Positions 8,878 to 18,251 of a stretch of DNA of 64,000 bases are shown here, one piece after another. This stretch comes from an uncultured Candidatus Rokubacteria bacterium (GTDB lineage Bacteria; Methylomirabilota; Methylomirabilia; Rokubacteriales; DASRDR01). Numbering within the stretch: position 1 is the stretch's first letter; each line of letters opens with the position of its first letter. A program made the position numbers and the translations under genes. The stretch spans positions 832,001-896,000 of the forward strand of contig CAWDVE010000010.1 in NCBI GenBank assembly GCA_963805625.1, in the 5' to 3' direction. The notes under the pieces were generated by a model. The model ran no database searches. It was not told the origin of the DNA and worked only from the letters and a program-made list of their open reading frames with translations.

Positions 8878-10319
8878 ATGGTTGGGCGGTCAGACGGGTA
8901 ACGCTCGTAGCGGCGGTCGCGGACGACGCGCGCGATCCGGGCCACCGCCTCGTGAAGATCGGTGAACGAGGTGTAGAGCGGCGCGATCCCCAGGCGGAGG
9001 TTGTCGGGATAGCGGAAGTCCGGCAGCACCGCCATCTCGTCGATGAGCGCCCGGTCGATCCGAAGCGCCTCGGGGTGCCCCAGCGAGATGTGGGAGCCCC
9101 GCCGCGCGGAGTCGCGAGGCGAGTTCAGCGCAAAGCCGAGCGGCTCGAGCTCCCGCTCCCACAGCCGCACGAGGTACTCCGTCTGGGCGACGGACTTCGC
9201 GCGGACGCGGTCCATTCCCGCCTCGAGTAGGAGGTCGACGCCCGGCTCGACCGCGAGAAGCGACAGTACCGGCGGCGTCCCCACCAGGAACCGCAGGATC
9301 CCCGGCGCCGGGCGGTAGTCCGACGCCATGTCGAACTGGTCGCGGCGCCCGAACCATCCCCAGATGGGATTCGCGAGTGGCTCGTGGAGGTCTCCCCGGA
9401 CGTAGAGGAAGGACGGCGCCCCCGGCCCGCCGTTCAGATACTTGTATGTGCACCCGACGGCGAGGTCGGCTCGGGCCCCGGCAAGGCCAATGGGCATGGC
9501 CCCGACGGAGTGCGACAGGTCCCAGAGAGTGAGGGCGCCTGCCCGGTGAGCGAGGGCAGTGACGGCGGCCATGTCGTACACGAACGCCGAGCGGTACGCT
9601 GTGTGCGAGAGGGTCACGAGCGCCGTGTCCCCGTCGATCGCGCGCGCGAGCGCCCCCTCCGACACCGTGAGCCCGTCCTCGGACTTCACGATCACCAGGC
9701 GGTGCCCCTGGCCAAGAAGGTCGATCGCCCCTTGAAGCACGTAGAAGTCCGTGGGGAAGTTCATCTCGTCGGTCACGATGACCCGGCGACCGGGCCGGGC
9801 TCGGAGCGACGCCACCACGAGCTTGAACAGGTTGACCGACGTCGAGTCCGACACGACGACGTCGGCCGCATCCGCCCCGACCAGGCCCGCGAGCTTCGCG
9901 CCGATCCGCTGGCTGGCAGTGAACCAGCCCTCGCCCCACCCCCGGATGAGCCGACCGCCCCACTCGCGCTCGATTGCCTTCCGGAGTCGAGGGCCCGTCT
10001 GTCGGGGCAGCCGCCCGAGCGAGTTGCCGTCGAGGTAGACGAGGCGCGGGTCGCTGACGACAAACTCCCGCCGGAAGCGCGCGAGAGGGTCGGCCGCGTC
10101 CAGGCGGTGGGCCTCGGCGAGAGCGCCCGCATCGCCGGCACCCGCTGGGACCGCCCGGCGGGCGGCCACCGGCGCCGCCGCGGGTGCCACGTGGCGGCGC
10201 CGGCCGACGCCGTGCCTCCGGGGCGCCGCGGGCCGGCGCGCCGACCCGCGGCCGGACGTGTCTCGCGATGCCGATCTGCGCCGGCGCCGACGCGGCTGGC
10301 GCTCCTCAGGCCCCGCCAT
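8871..10319 (-). CDS. kynU: Kynureninase (start uncertain; Arg-rich N-terminal extension)
   Basis: LDAADPLARFR, YLDGNSLG, DSTSVNLFK, WDLSHSVG, VGCTYKYLNGGPG (PLP Lys), RGSHISL. Confidence 0.93.
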   Translation of the reverse strand: MAGPEERQPRRRRRRSASRDTSGRGSARRPAAPRRHGVGRRRHVAPAAAPVAARRAVPAGAGDAGALAEAHRLDAADPLARFRREFVVSDPRLVYLDGNSLGRLPRQTGPRLRKAIEREWGGRLIRGWGEGWFTASQRIGAKLAGLVGADAADVVVSDSTSVNLFKLVVASLRARPGRRVIVTDEMNFPTDFYVLQGAIDLLGQGHRLVIVKSEDGLTVSEGALARAIDGDTALVTLSHTAYRSAFVYDMAAVTALAHRAGALTLWDLSHSVGAMPIGLAGARADLAVGCTYKYLNGGPGAPSFLYVRGDLHEPLANPIWGWFGRRDQFDMASDYRPAPGILRFLVGTPPVLSLLAVEPGVDLLLEAGMDRVRAKSVAQTEYLVRLWERELEPLGFALNSPRDSARRGSHISLGHPEALRIDRALIDEMAVLPDFRYPDNLRLGIAPLYTSFTDLHEAVARIARVVRDRRYERYPSDRPTIT

Positions 10320-10358
10320 CGACGGCTCTCGCCTCCTCGCGGATCCACGGGCGCGTGA

Positions 10359-11432
10359 TCACTGGCGTCCCTCGGCTCCGCGGCGGGGCCCGGCTCCTGG
10401 CATCCGGGCGGCCGCGGGCTCCGGCCCGATCCGGACGACCATCTTCCCGAAGTTCTTTCCCTGGAGCAGACCGCTGAGCGCCCCGGGAGCCCGCTCGAGA
10501 CCGTCGACGACGTCCTCGCGGTACTTGAGCTTCCCCTGCCGCACCCAGTCGGTCAGCTGGGCCAGGCCTTCCTTGTACCGGGCGGCGAAGTCGAACACGA
10601 GGAACCCCTGGATCCGCACGCGGTTCACGAGCACGAAGCGCTCGTTGCGCGGCGCGAGCTCCGGCTCCGTCAGGTTGTACTGCGAGAGGAGACCGCACAC
10701 GGCGACGCGCGCGAAGAGGTTGACGTGGCGCGACACCGCTTCTGTGACGCGCCCGCCCACGTTGTCGAAGTATACATCGATCCCGCTCGGACAGGCCGCG
10801 CGGAGCGCCGCGTCCAGGTCGGGGGCGGTGCGGTAGTTGATCCCGGCGTCGTAGCCGAGCTCCCTGGTGATGTAGTCCACCTTGGCGTCGGAGCCGGCCA
10901 GGCCTACGGCCCGGCACCCCTTGAGCTTCGCGATCTGGCCGACGAGGCCCCCTACCGCTCCCGAGGCCGCCGACACCACCACGGTCTCTCCGGGCTTGGG
11001 CTGCCCCACCTCGAGCAGCCCGAAGTACGCGGTGAGGCCGGGCATCCCGAGGACCCCGAGCGCAGTGGAGATCGGCGCGACCGTCGGGTCGATCTTCCGG
11101 ACGCCCTTGCCAGCCGACACCGCGTACTCCTGCCAGCCCAGGCGGCCCTCGACGACATCGCCGACGGCGAAGCCCGGGTGGTTCGAGCGCACCACCTCGC
11201 CGACCGTGCCGCCCTCCATGACGTCGCCGAGCGCCACCGGCGGCACGTAGGACCGCGCGTCGCTCATCCGTCCTCGCATGTAGGGGTCGAGCGAGAGGTA
11301 GACTACGCGGACGAGGAACTCTGCCGCGCCCGGCTCCGGGACGGGGGACTCGACCAGCCGGAAGTCACGCTCCGTCGGGTAGCCGACAGGTCGCGCCGCC
11401 AGCCGGACCTGCCGGTGCGTCGTCGGGATCAT
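10359..11432 (-). CDS. NADP-dependent oxidoreductase (CurA/prostaglandin reductase-like)
   Basis: YLSLDPYMRGRM, LGMPGLTAYFGL, SAASGAVG, YFDNVGG, GKNFGK; GGAGGG SD before ATG 11432. Confidence 0.93.
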   Translation of the reverse strand: MIPTTHRQVRLAARPVGYPTERDFRLVESPVPEPGAAEFLVRVVYLSLDPYMRGRMSDARSYVPPVALGDVMEGGTVGEVVRSNHPGFAVGDVVEGRLGWQEYAVSAGKGVRKIDPTVAPISTALGVLGMPGLTAYFGLLEVGQPKPGETVVVSAASGAVGGLVGQIAKLKGCRAVGLAGSDAKVDYITRELGYDAGINYRTAPDLDAALRAACPSGIDVYFDNVGGRVTEAVSRHVNLFARVAVCGLLSQYNLTEPELAPRNERFVLVNRVRIQGFLVFDFAARYKEGLAQLTDWVRQGKLKYREDVVDGLERAPGALSGLLQGKNFGKMVVRIGPEPAAARMPGAGPRRGAEGRQ

Positions 11433-12061
11433 GCGACCGTCCCCTCCTTTCGTGCACAAATGGTCGCAGCAAGCCCCACGGCCAGCGAGATCCACAGGAA
11501 CCGGAACCGCATGACGTCGAGGTGCACGCTGGTGAGAAGCACGGCGCCACAGCCCAGAGCCTGATAGCGGGCCAGCTGCCCGGGAAACGCCTGGCCCGGT
11601 GCGGTCCACATCGGCCGCAAGCACAGCACCCAGAAGGCCGCCCAGGCCGCGAGGCCCACCAGTCCCACCTCCGCGGCGATCGTAAGCGGCTCACTCTGCC
11701 CCGTGGCGAAGCCGAGGCTAGCCGGGGCATGCCCCGCCTTCTTCGCCCACCGGAGAATCATCGGCCACGTGTCGGGCCCCCATCCCAACAGGGGCCGCTC
11801 GAGAACGCCCTTCCAGGCGATCCACTTCAGAATGAAGTAGTTGTCGTGGACGTACTCGACCCTGAGATCCAGCGTTTGCACGCCAGTCTCGGGGATCGTG
11901 GAGTAGTAGTGGCTGTCCGTCAACGTCCGGGTCAGATCGCCTGTCCGGGTGAGCTCAGCGTCGGTGATCCGCCACGTCGACAGCGCCATGACGCCGAGGA
12001 ACCCTACGGCGTAGGCGACGGCAAGCGCCCGGGCGGGCGCGGGGCGACGCCGGGGGCTCAC
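11429..12061 (-). pseudogene. O-antigen ligase/Wzy-like protein, C-terminal part only
   Basis: RPLLGWGP, AEVGLVGL, DVMRFRFLW motifs; only 210 aa with most TM helices absent; stop overlaps the next start. Confidence 0.55.
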
Positions 12062-12078
12062 CGAGCGATCACCGCTGG

Positions 12079-13128
12079 TCAGCCGCCGCGCGTGTGCATC
12101 TCGAGGTGCGGGTCCTGCCGCAGCCCCTCGATCTCGACCAGGACCCCGCGATGCCCGATGACCTCGAGCTCCTTCCGCTCTTCGGCGCCGCGATCACGGC
12201 GCCGTGTCCACCCGCTCGCGATGAGGGCCCGGAGCTCGTCGCGCGACGCTCCGTCCCGGAGGGGCGTCCGGAGGTCCACGCCCCTCTGCGCGTAGAGGCA
12301 GAGATACCAGGTGCCGTCGGCCGTGAGCCGGCTCCGGTCGCAGGTCCGGCAGAAGGGCGTGGTCGTCGAGGCGATGATGCCGAACGTCGTGCCGTCACGA
12401 AGGCGGAACCGCTCGGCCGGGGCGGACGTCTCCTCGCGAATCGCTTCGATCGGCCCGTACCGCGTGGCGAGGCGCTCGAGCATCTCCGCACGCGAGACCA
12501 CCTGCTCCCGGGACCAGTGGGTCGCACCTCCCACGTCCATGTACTCGATGAAGCGCACCTCGGCGTCGACCCTCCGGCCGAACTCCACGAGGTCGACCAG
12601 CTCGTCCTCGTTGACCCCCCGGATGACCACGGTGTCGAGCTTGAGGCCCGGGAACCCGGCCACCCTCACGGCCTCGATCCCCCGGAGGACGGCGGCGTGA
12701 TCGTCCCGCCGCGTGAGCGCCCGGAAGCGCTCCGAGCGCATGGTGTCGAGGCTGACCGTGACTCGGTGGAGGCCGGCCTCCCGGAGCGCCGCGGCCTGGC
12801 TGGCGAGCAGGACGCCGTTGCTCGTCATCGCGAGGTCGCGAACGGCCGGAACGACGGCCAGCAGGCGCACCAGATCCGGCAGGTCTCGACGGAGCAAGGG
12901 CTCCCCGCCCGTGAGCCGAACCTTGTCGACCCCAAGCTCGGTGAAGATCTCCACCAGCCTCTGGATCTCCTCGAATGTCAGGAGATCCCCTCGACGAAGC
13001 CACGCGTACTCTTCCTCCGGCATGCAGTACTGGCAGCGGAGGTTACACCGGTCGGTCACCGACACCCGGAGGTTCCGGAGCGGGCGTCCGAGCGTGTCCC
13101 GGAGGTCAGGACCGGCAGGCGGCGTCAT
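12079..13128 (-). CDS. moaA: GTP 3',8-cyclase
   Basis: SVTDRCNLRCQYCMP radical-SAM motif, LTGGEP, FCRTCDRSRLTADG..CLY, C-terminal GG. Confidence 0.97.
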   Translation of the reverse strand: MTPPAGPDLRDTLGRPLRNLRVSVTDRCNLRCQYCMPEEEYAWLRRGDLLTFEEIQRLVEIFTELGVDKVRLTGGEPLLRRDLPDLVRLLAVVPAVRDLAMTSNGVLLASQAAALREAGLHRVTVSLDTMRSERFRALTRRDDHAAVLRGIEAVRVAGFPGLKLDTVVIRGVNEDELVDLVEFGRRVDAEVRFIEYMDVGGATHWSREQVVSRAEMLERLATRYGPIEAIREETSAPAERFRLRDGTTFGIIASTTTPFCRTCDRSRLTADGTWYLCLYAQRGVDLRTPLRDGASRDELRALIASGWTRRRDRGAEERKELEVIGHRGVLVEIEGLRQDPHLEMHTRGG

Positions 13129-13195
13129 GGACCTCCATTATGCCGCAGATGCCACGATGGGCGCTCACGACGGCCAACCAGCCCTGCCACCGACA

Positions 13196-13225
13196 TTGCG
13201 GGGGGCGGGCCGCGATTGCTAGGCT
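13196..13225 (+). promoter_or_regulatory. Putative sigma70 promoter
   Basis: TTGCGG-18nt-TAGGCT with extended -10 TG. Confidence 0.4.
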
Positions 13226-13245
13226 ATACGACGGGAGGTGCCTCG

Positions 13246-13332
13246 GTGCCCACACCACCGGTCCCCTGGAAGCTCGGCAGGCAGATCGCGCGCAACAGCC
13301 TGAACGGGCCCGAGCGCCTCGGGCGCGCGTGA
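13246..13332 (+). other. 28-aa mini-ORF with a strong SD (small protein or gene remnant)
   Basis: GGGAGGTG-5nt-GTG; MPTPPVPWKLGRQIARNSLNGPERLGRA*. Confidence 0.45.
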
Positions 13333-13351
13333 CGCCCGGAAGCGCGCGTCC

Positions 13352-14302
13352 ATGAGAAGCGCTCTCATCGGGGCCCTCGCCACCGTTGCCGTCGCAACCC
13401 CGGTGGCCGCCCAGGACCCTCCTCCGCCGTCTGCGGTCCGATTCGTGACGCTGAACGTGCTCCACGGCGGAGCGCTCTCGGGCTGGACCGGGCGGGACAG
13501 CCGCCTCGAGGCGCGCCTCGACCTCGTGAGCGAGGCCCTCCGGGCGCTGGCCCCGGACGTGGTCGCGCTCCAGGAGTCGTCGTGGAGCCGCGATCGGGGC
13601 GAGGTCGCGAGCCGGCTCGCCGGGCGGCTCGGTCTGAACCACGTCTACGCGCCCGCCTCGATGCGGCTCTTCGATACGGGGTGGCTCAACCGGGCTGCCG
13701 CCGCCTTCATGGACTTCTCGGAGGGGCCGGCGATCCTGAGCCGCTTCCCCATCGTCCGCTCGGAGACGCACAAGCTCCCGCGCTGCGGCAGGTGGTTCGA
13801 CCCGCGCGTGCTGCTCTTCGCGGAGCTGGCGACCCCCAGCGGGCTGCTTCCGGTGTTCTCGACGCACACCAGCGGCCATGTCTGCCATGCGGAGGCCGTC
13901 GCCACCCTAGTCCGCGAGCGCCAGGGCAACCTGCCCGGTGTGCTCATGGGCGACCTCAACGCGGTCGAATCGTCCGCAGCGATCAGGGGTCTGGTCAGCG
14001 CGGTGGGCCTGGTGGATGCGTTCCGCACCGTGCACCCGGACGCGCCAGGATCCACGGTCTGGCAGCCCGTCACCGTACCCGAGCGGCGGGCCTTCCGCCG
14101 GGTCGACTATGTGTTCGTCGCTCCGGGCCATCTCTTCCCGGGAGCCATCCTGGAGAGCCGCGTCGTGGTCGACACCCCGGGCCGCCTGCCTGACGGCAGT
14201 GCGCTCTGGCCGTCCGATCACTACGGCGTCCTGGCCGATCTCAGCGTCTTTCCGCCCATTCAAACCGGCGCGACGGGCCAGAGCGATTCCGGACAGGATT
14301 AG
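13352..14302 (+). CDS. Secreted endonuclease/exonuclease/phosphatase family protein
   Basis: Signal peptide; TLNV, ALQE, GDLN, RVDYVF, SDH. Confidence 0.9.
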   Translation: MRSALIGALATVAVATPVAAQDPPPPSAVRFVTLNVLHGGALSGWTGRDSRLEARLDLVSEALRALAPDVVALQESSWSRDRGEVASRLAGRLGLNHVYAPASMRLFDTGWLNRAAAAFMDFSEGPAILSRFPIVRSETHKLPRCGRWFDPRVLLFAELATPSGLLPVFSTHTSGHVCHAEAVATLVRERQGNLPGVLMGDLNAVESSAAIRGLVSAVGLVDAFRTVHPDAPGSTVWQPVTVPERRAFRRVDYVFVAPGHLFPGAILESRVVVDTPGRLPDGSALWPSDHYGVLADLSVFPPIQTGATGQSDSGQD

Positions 14303-14620
14303 AAGGGCGCCCGCCGCCTGGGGAGTTCTGAGCGGCTCCCCGAACAGCGCCCACGCCAAGGCGCCTGCGAGAAGCGGCTGCAGGATGCCGCTCAGCGCCA
14401 CGAACGCCGCCGGCAGATGGGCGAGCGCGAACGTGAGGAGACCCTGGCCTCCAGCATGGGAAACGAGGCCGAGCCCGAGCAGCACCGCCCAGCCCTCGGG
14501 CGTCGCCGGAACCAGCCGATCTCCGGACAGGACCGCGATCGGGATCAGCGCGACGCTCCCGACAAGCCCCGTGACCGCCACGACTCTCGCGGTCGACCAG
14601 ACCGCGCGGAGCCGGCGCGA
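14262..14620 (-). pseudogene. DMT/EamA transporter, C-terminal half only
   Basis: GWAVLLGLGLVSHAGGQGLLTFALAHLPAAFVAL..LQPLLAGALAWALFGE..GALLILSGIALARR; no start codon; boundaries approximate. Confidence 0.75.
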
Positions 14621-14752
14621 GAACCTACGCGGGGCGTGCCCGGATCGTCGGCCGGGTCCGGGAGGCCGCCCTGGCGGCCTCGGTGCGGGCTCGTTCCACG
14701 GCGAAATATGGCTGGGGCGACGGCCTGATCGTCGAGCTCCGCCGGCGAAGGC
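14620..14752 (+). pseudogene. C-terminal fragment of a split-barrel (F420/flavin oxidoreductase-like) gene
   Basis: RTYAGRARIVG..VRARSTAKYGWGDGLIVELR resembles the end of this family; no 5' half; boundaries approximate. Confidence 0.5.
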
Positions 14753-14767
14753 GCGCCGCGTCCGCGG

Positions 14768-14796
14768 TTGACACCGAGACCGCGGCATCCCATCGT
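14768..14796 (+). promoter_or_regulatory. Putative sigma70 promoter of the ABC operon
   Basis: TTGACA-17nt-CATCGT, followed by a GGGAGG SD and ATG 14819. Confidence 0.5.
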
Positions 14797-14818
14797 AGTG
14801 AGCCGGGAGGAACCGAGC

Positions 14819-16366
14819 ATGATCCGCACTCGCACCGTCGCGGTCGCCGCTCTCACCGGTCTTGCCCTCGTCGTCACCGTCGCGCGTGGCATCCACGCCC
14901 AGGCGCCGAAGCGGGGCGGCGTGCTGACGCTCGCCCGCCAGGGTGAGGCGACGAACCTCGACCCCCACAAGGTGCCGGCGTTCACGAGCCACCGGGTCTT
15001 CGAGCTCGTGTACAGCACCCTCACGCGGCTCGGGCCGGACGTCCTGGTCCAGCCCGACCTGGCGGAGAGCTGGACCATCTCGCCCGACGGCAAGCAGATC
15101 TCCTTCCGCCTGCGGGCGGCAAAGTTCCACAACGGCGACCCGGTCACGAGCGCGGACGTGAAGTTCACGCTCGAGCGGATCGCCAACGCGGACACGAAGG
15201 CCGTGGCGCGAGCCTGGTTCGGCGACATCGAGCGTGTCGAGGCACCGGACCCGCGGACCGTGGTCCTCCAGCTGAAGCAGCCGAACGTCGCTCTGCTAGT
15301 CTACCTCGCGCACCCGAACGCGAGCATTGTCTCGGCCAAGATCGCCCAGGCCGCTGGCGGCGACCTGTCGAAGAAGGAGCACGCGATCGGCTCGGGCCCG
15401 TTCCGGCTGGCCGAGTGGGCGCCGGACAACTTCATGCGCTTCGAGGCGTTCCGCGAGTTCTACATTCAGGGGCAGCCGTACCTGGACGGCGTGCGGATCA
15501 ACATCGTTCCCGACGAGGCCGGCGTCGTTGCCGCGCTTCGCACGAAGGCCGCGGACGTGGCCCTGATCGCCGACGCGCGGGTCGCCCAGACCCTCGGCCG
15601 GGACGCGGGCGTCACGGTCAGCGCCAAGCCGAGCTTGAACTACCATCTCCTGTTCCTCAACACGAAGCGGAAGCCCCTCGACCATCCGAAGGTCCGTCAG
15701 GCGATCGCCTACGCGATCGACCGGAAGCAGATCATCGACACCGTCGCCCTCGGCAGCGGCGATCCCACCGGCCCCCTCCCACCCTCGCTCACCCAGTACG
15801 CGGTGCCCGTCGGCGACTACGAGCTCTACCGGCGGGACGTGGGGAAGGCGCGCCAGCTGCTCCAGGAGGCCGGCGTCGGGCCCGTGAGCCTCACGATCCT
15901 GACCCAGACGACGGAGCCCGTGTACGCCAAGGACATCGCCCAGATCGTCCAGCAGCAGCTCGGCGAGGCCGGCATCCGCGTGAACATCGAGCTCCTGGAG
16001 TTCGGCCAGTGGGTCCAGCGCTGGCTCAAGGCCGACTTCGACATGGCCCCCGGGCTCAACTCGGGACAGCCCGACCCCGACTTCTATCTGTTCCGGTACT
16101 TCACGAACGACGGGAACCTAAACTTCGTCCATTCTTACCAAAACGACGCGTCCAGCGATGCCATCAAGCGCGCCCGGACGGTCGCCGATCCCGCCCGGCG
16201 CCGGGAGCTCTACGCGACCGCGCAGAAGGAGCTGGTCGCCGGCGTCCCGTTCGTCTGGCTATACGTCGGGCGCGACTACGTCGGGCTCCAGCCGAGCACG
16301 AAAGGCTTCGTTCACCTCCCGACCGGCTCGATCGCCTACCTGCGCCAGACGTGGCTGGATAAGTAA
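14819..16366 (+). CDS. Family 5 ABC substrate-binding protein (DppA-like)
   Basis: Signal peptide, KRGGVL, LDPH, PDLAESW, KFHNGDPVTSADVKFT, GSGPF, VRQAIAYAIDR. Confidence 0.95.
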   Translation: MIRTRTVAVAALTGLALVVTVARGIHAQAPKRGGVLTLARQGEATNLDPHKVPAFTSHRVFELVYSTLTRLGPDVLVQPDLAESWTISPDGKQISFRLRAAKFHNGDPVTSADVKFTLERIANADTKAVARAWFGDIERVEAPDPRTVVLQLKQPNVALLVYLAHPNASIVSAKIAQAAGGDLSKKEHAIGSGPFRLAEWAPDNFMRFEAFREFYIQGQPYLDGVRINIVPDEAGVVAALRTKAADVALIADARVAQTLGRDAGVTVSAKPSLNYHLLFLNTKRKPLDHPKVRQAIAYAIDRKQIIDTVALGSGDPTGPLPPSLTQYAVPVGDYELYRRDVGKARQLLQEAGVGPVSLTILTQTTEPVYAKDIAQIVQQQLGEAGIRVNIELLEFGQWVQRWLKADFDMAPGLNSGQPDPDFYLFRYFTNDGNLNFVHSYQNDASSDAIKRARTVADPARRRELYATAQKELVAGVPFVWLYVGRDYVGLQPSTKGFVHLPTGSIAYLRQTWLDK

Positions 16367-16411
16367 GGCCGCGCGTGCGGCCCTCCGGGGCCGCACCGGC
16401 CAGGCCTCGCC

Positions 16412-17365
16412 GTGACGCGCTATCTCCTGCGCCGGCTCCTCGCGCTCGGGCCGACGCTGATCGGCGTCTCGGTGCTGTCGTTCCTCTTCCTGCGCCTGGT
16501 CCCCGGCGACGCCATCGCGGTGCGCCTGGGTACGAGCACCGTGCTGACCCCGCAGCAGCTCGCCGAGCTCCGCGCCTATCTCGGCCTCGACCGTCCGCTG
16601 CCCCTGCAGTACCTCGGCTGGCTCGGCGCGCTGCTCCGAGGCGACGCAGGCTACTCCCTGCGCACGGGCCAGCCGGTGGTGGGGGAGATCGCGAGCCGTC
16701 TCCCGGTGACCCTGGAGTTGGCCCTCGCCGCGGCCCTCGTCGCTCTGCTGATCGGCCTCCCCCTGGGAATCCTGTCCGCGCTCCGGCCGAACTCAGCGCT
16801 CGACCTGACGGCGCGAACCCTCGGGCTCCTCGGACTCTCGCTCCCGAATTTCTGGCTGGGCACCCTCTTCGTGCTCCTCCTCGCGCGCTACTTGCGGTGG
16901 ATGCCGAACACCGGAGGGTACGTGGGCTTCACCGAGGATCCGTGGGCGAACCTCCGGTTCCTCCTCTTCCCCGCCCTGACGCTCGGCGTGGCGATGGCCG
17001 CCGTCGTCATGCGAACGACGCGCTCGGCGATGCTCGACGTCCTCGGCGCCGACTTCGTCCGGACGGCCCACGCCAAGGGCCTCGCCGCCTCGGCGGTCGT
17101 CGGCCGCCACGCGCTCCGGAACAGCCTCATCGTCGTCGTCACGATCCTGGGCGTGCAGGTGGGATACCTGCTGAGCGGTGCCGTCGTGGTCGAGGAGATC
17201 TTCTCGGTCCCGGGCCTCGGCCGCATGCTGCTGACGGCCATCAACCAGCGCGACTACGCCCTGGTCCAGGGGACGGTGCTGGTGGTGGCGATCCTGTTCG
17301 TGGCGGCAAACACCCTCGTCGACATGCTCTATGGCTGGCTCGATCCCCGGATCAGCCTGGGCTGA
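16412..17365 (+). CDS. ABC permease (DppB-like)
   Basis: LVPGD, LGLDRPL, PNFWLG, DFVRTAHAKGL, RDY, LDPRI. Confidence 0.95.
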   Translation: MTRYLLRRLLALGPTLIGVSVLSFLFLRLVPGDAIAVRLGTSTVLTPQQLAELRAYLGLDRPLPLQYLGWLGALLRGDAGYSLRTGQPVVGEIASRLPVTLELALAAALVALLIGLPLGILSALRPNSALDLTARTLGLLGLSLPNFWLGTLFVLLLARYLRWMPNTGGYVGFTEDPWANLRFLLFPALTLGVAMAAVVMRTTRSAMLDVLGADFVRTAHAKGLAASAVVGRHALRNSLIVVVTILGVQVGYLLSGAVVVEEIFSVPGLGRMLLTAINQRDYALVQGTVLVVAILFVAANTLVDMLYGWLDPRISLG

Positions 17366-18251
17366 AGCGCGCCCCGGAGGCACGGGGGCCGGTACCCGGG
17401 CGCCGCTCGCTGCCGGGGGCCTCTCCCGCGTGGCGGTCGCACTCGTGCGTAACCGTGCCGCGCTCGCGGGTCTCCTGATCGTCGGCACCTTCCTGATCGT
17501 CGGCGCCACCGCGGACCGACTCCCCTTGCCGAGCCCCCTCCGGATGGTCCCGCAGGACCGGATGGCGGGGCCCAGCTGGGCCCTCCCGTTGGGGGCCGAC
17601 GTCTTCGGCCGGGACCTCCTCGCCCGACTCGTTCATGGCGCCCGCTTGTCACTCGAGGTCGCCTTCGCCTCGGTCCTGGCCGCGCTCGTCGGGGGGTCCA
17701 CCCTCGGCCTCGTCGCGGGCTATGCGGGCGGCCGGGTCGATCAAGCCCTGATGCGCGTCATGGACGTGTTCTTCTCCTTCCCGGCCGTGCTCCTCGCCCT
17801 CGGCATCGTCGCGGCGCTGGGGCCGCATCCCGCCAATGTGGTCCTCGCGATCGCCGTCGTGTACACGCCGATCTTCGCCCGCGTGGTCCGGGGTCCGGTG
17901 CTTGCCCTCAAGGAGCGCGAGTTCGTCGAGGCGAGCCGGGCGCTCGGCGCCCCGGCCGGGCGGATCGTCGGCCGCCACATCCTGCCGAACCTCGCCTCGG
18001 TGCTCGTCGTCCAGACGAGCATCGCGCTCTCGTGGGCCATCCTCACCGAGGCGTCGCTCTCGTTCCTGGGTCTCTCCGCCCAGCCACCCACCCCGTCGTG
18101 GGGCGCGATGCTGAACGAAGGCCGCCAGAACCTCGAGCTCGCGCCCCACCTCGCCGTGTTTCCGGGTCTGGCGATCATGCTGGCGGTCCTCGGATTCAAC
18201 CTCCTTGGGGACGGCCTCCGCGACGCCCTCGATCCCCGCCAGCAGCCGTGA
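17331..18251 (+). CDS. ABC permease (DppC-like)
   Basis: LGADVFGRD, EFVEASRALGA, HILPN, PSWG, LGDGLRDALDPR; start uncertain. Confidence 0.93.
   Translation: MAGSIPGSAWAEARPGGTGAGTRAPLAAGGLSRVAVALVRNRAALAGLLIVGTFLIVGATADRLPLPSPLRMVPQDRMAGPSWALPLGADVFGRDLLARLVHGARLSLEVAFASVLAALVGGSTLGLVAGYAGGRVDQALMRVMDVFFSFPAVLLALGIVAALGPHPANVVLAIAVVYTPIFARVVRGPVLALKEREFVEASRALGAPAGRIVGRHILPNLASVLVVQTSIALSWAILTEASLSFLGLSAQPPTPSWGAMLNEGRQNLELAPHLAVFPGLAIMLAVLGFNLLGDGLRDALDPRQQP

Noticed and set aside
13129-13245. Moco riboswitch upstream of moaA
   Set aside because: A CATAAT -10-like element lies only 8 nt before the start codon, leaving no room, and I saw no motif.
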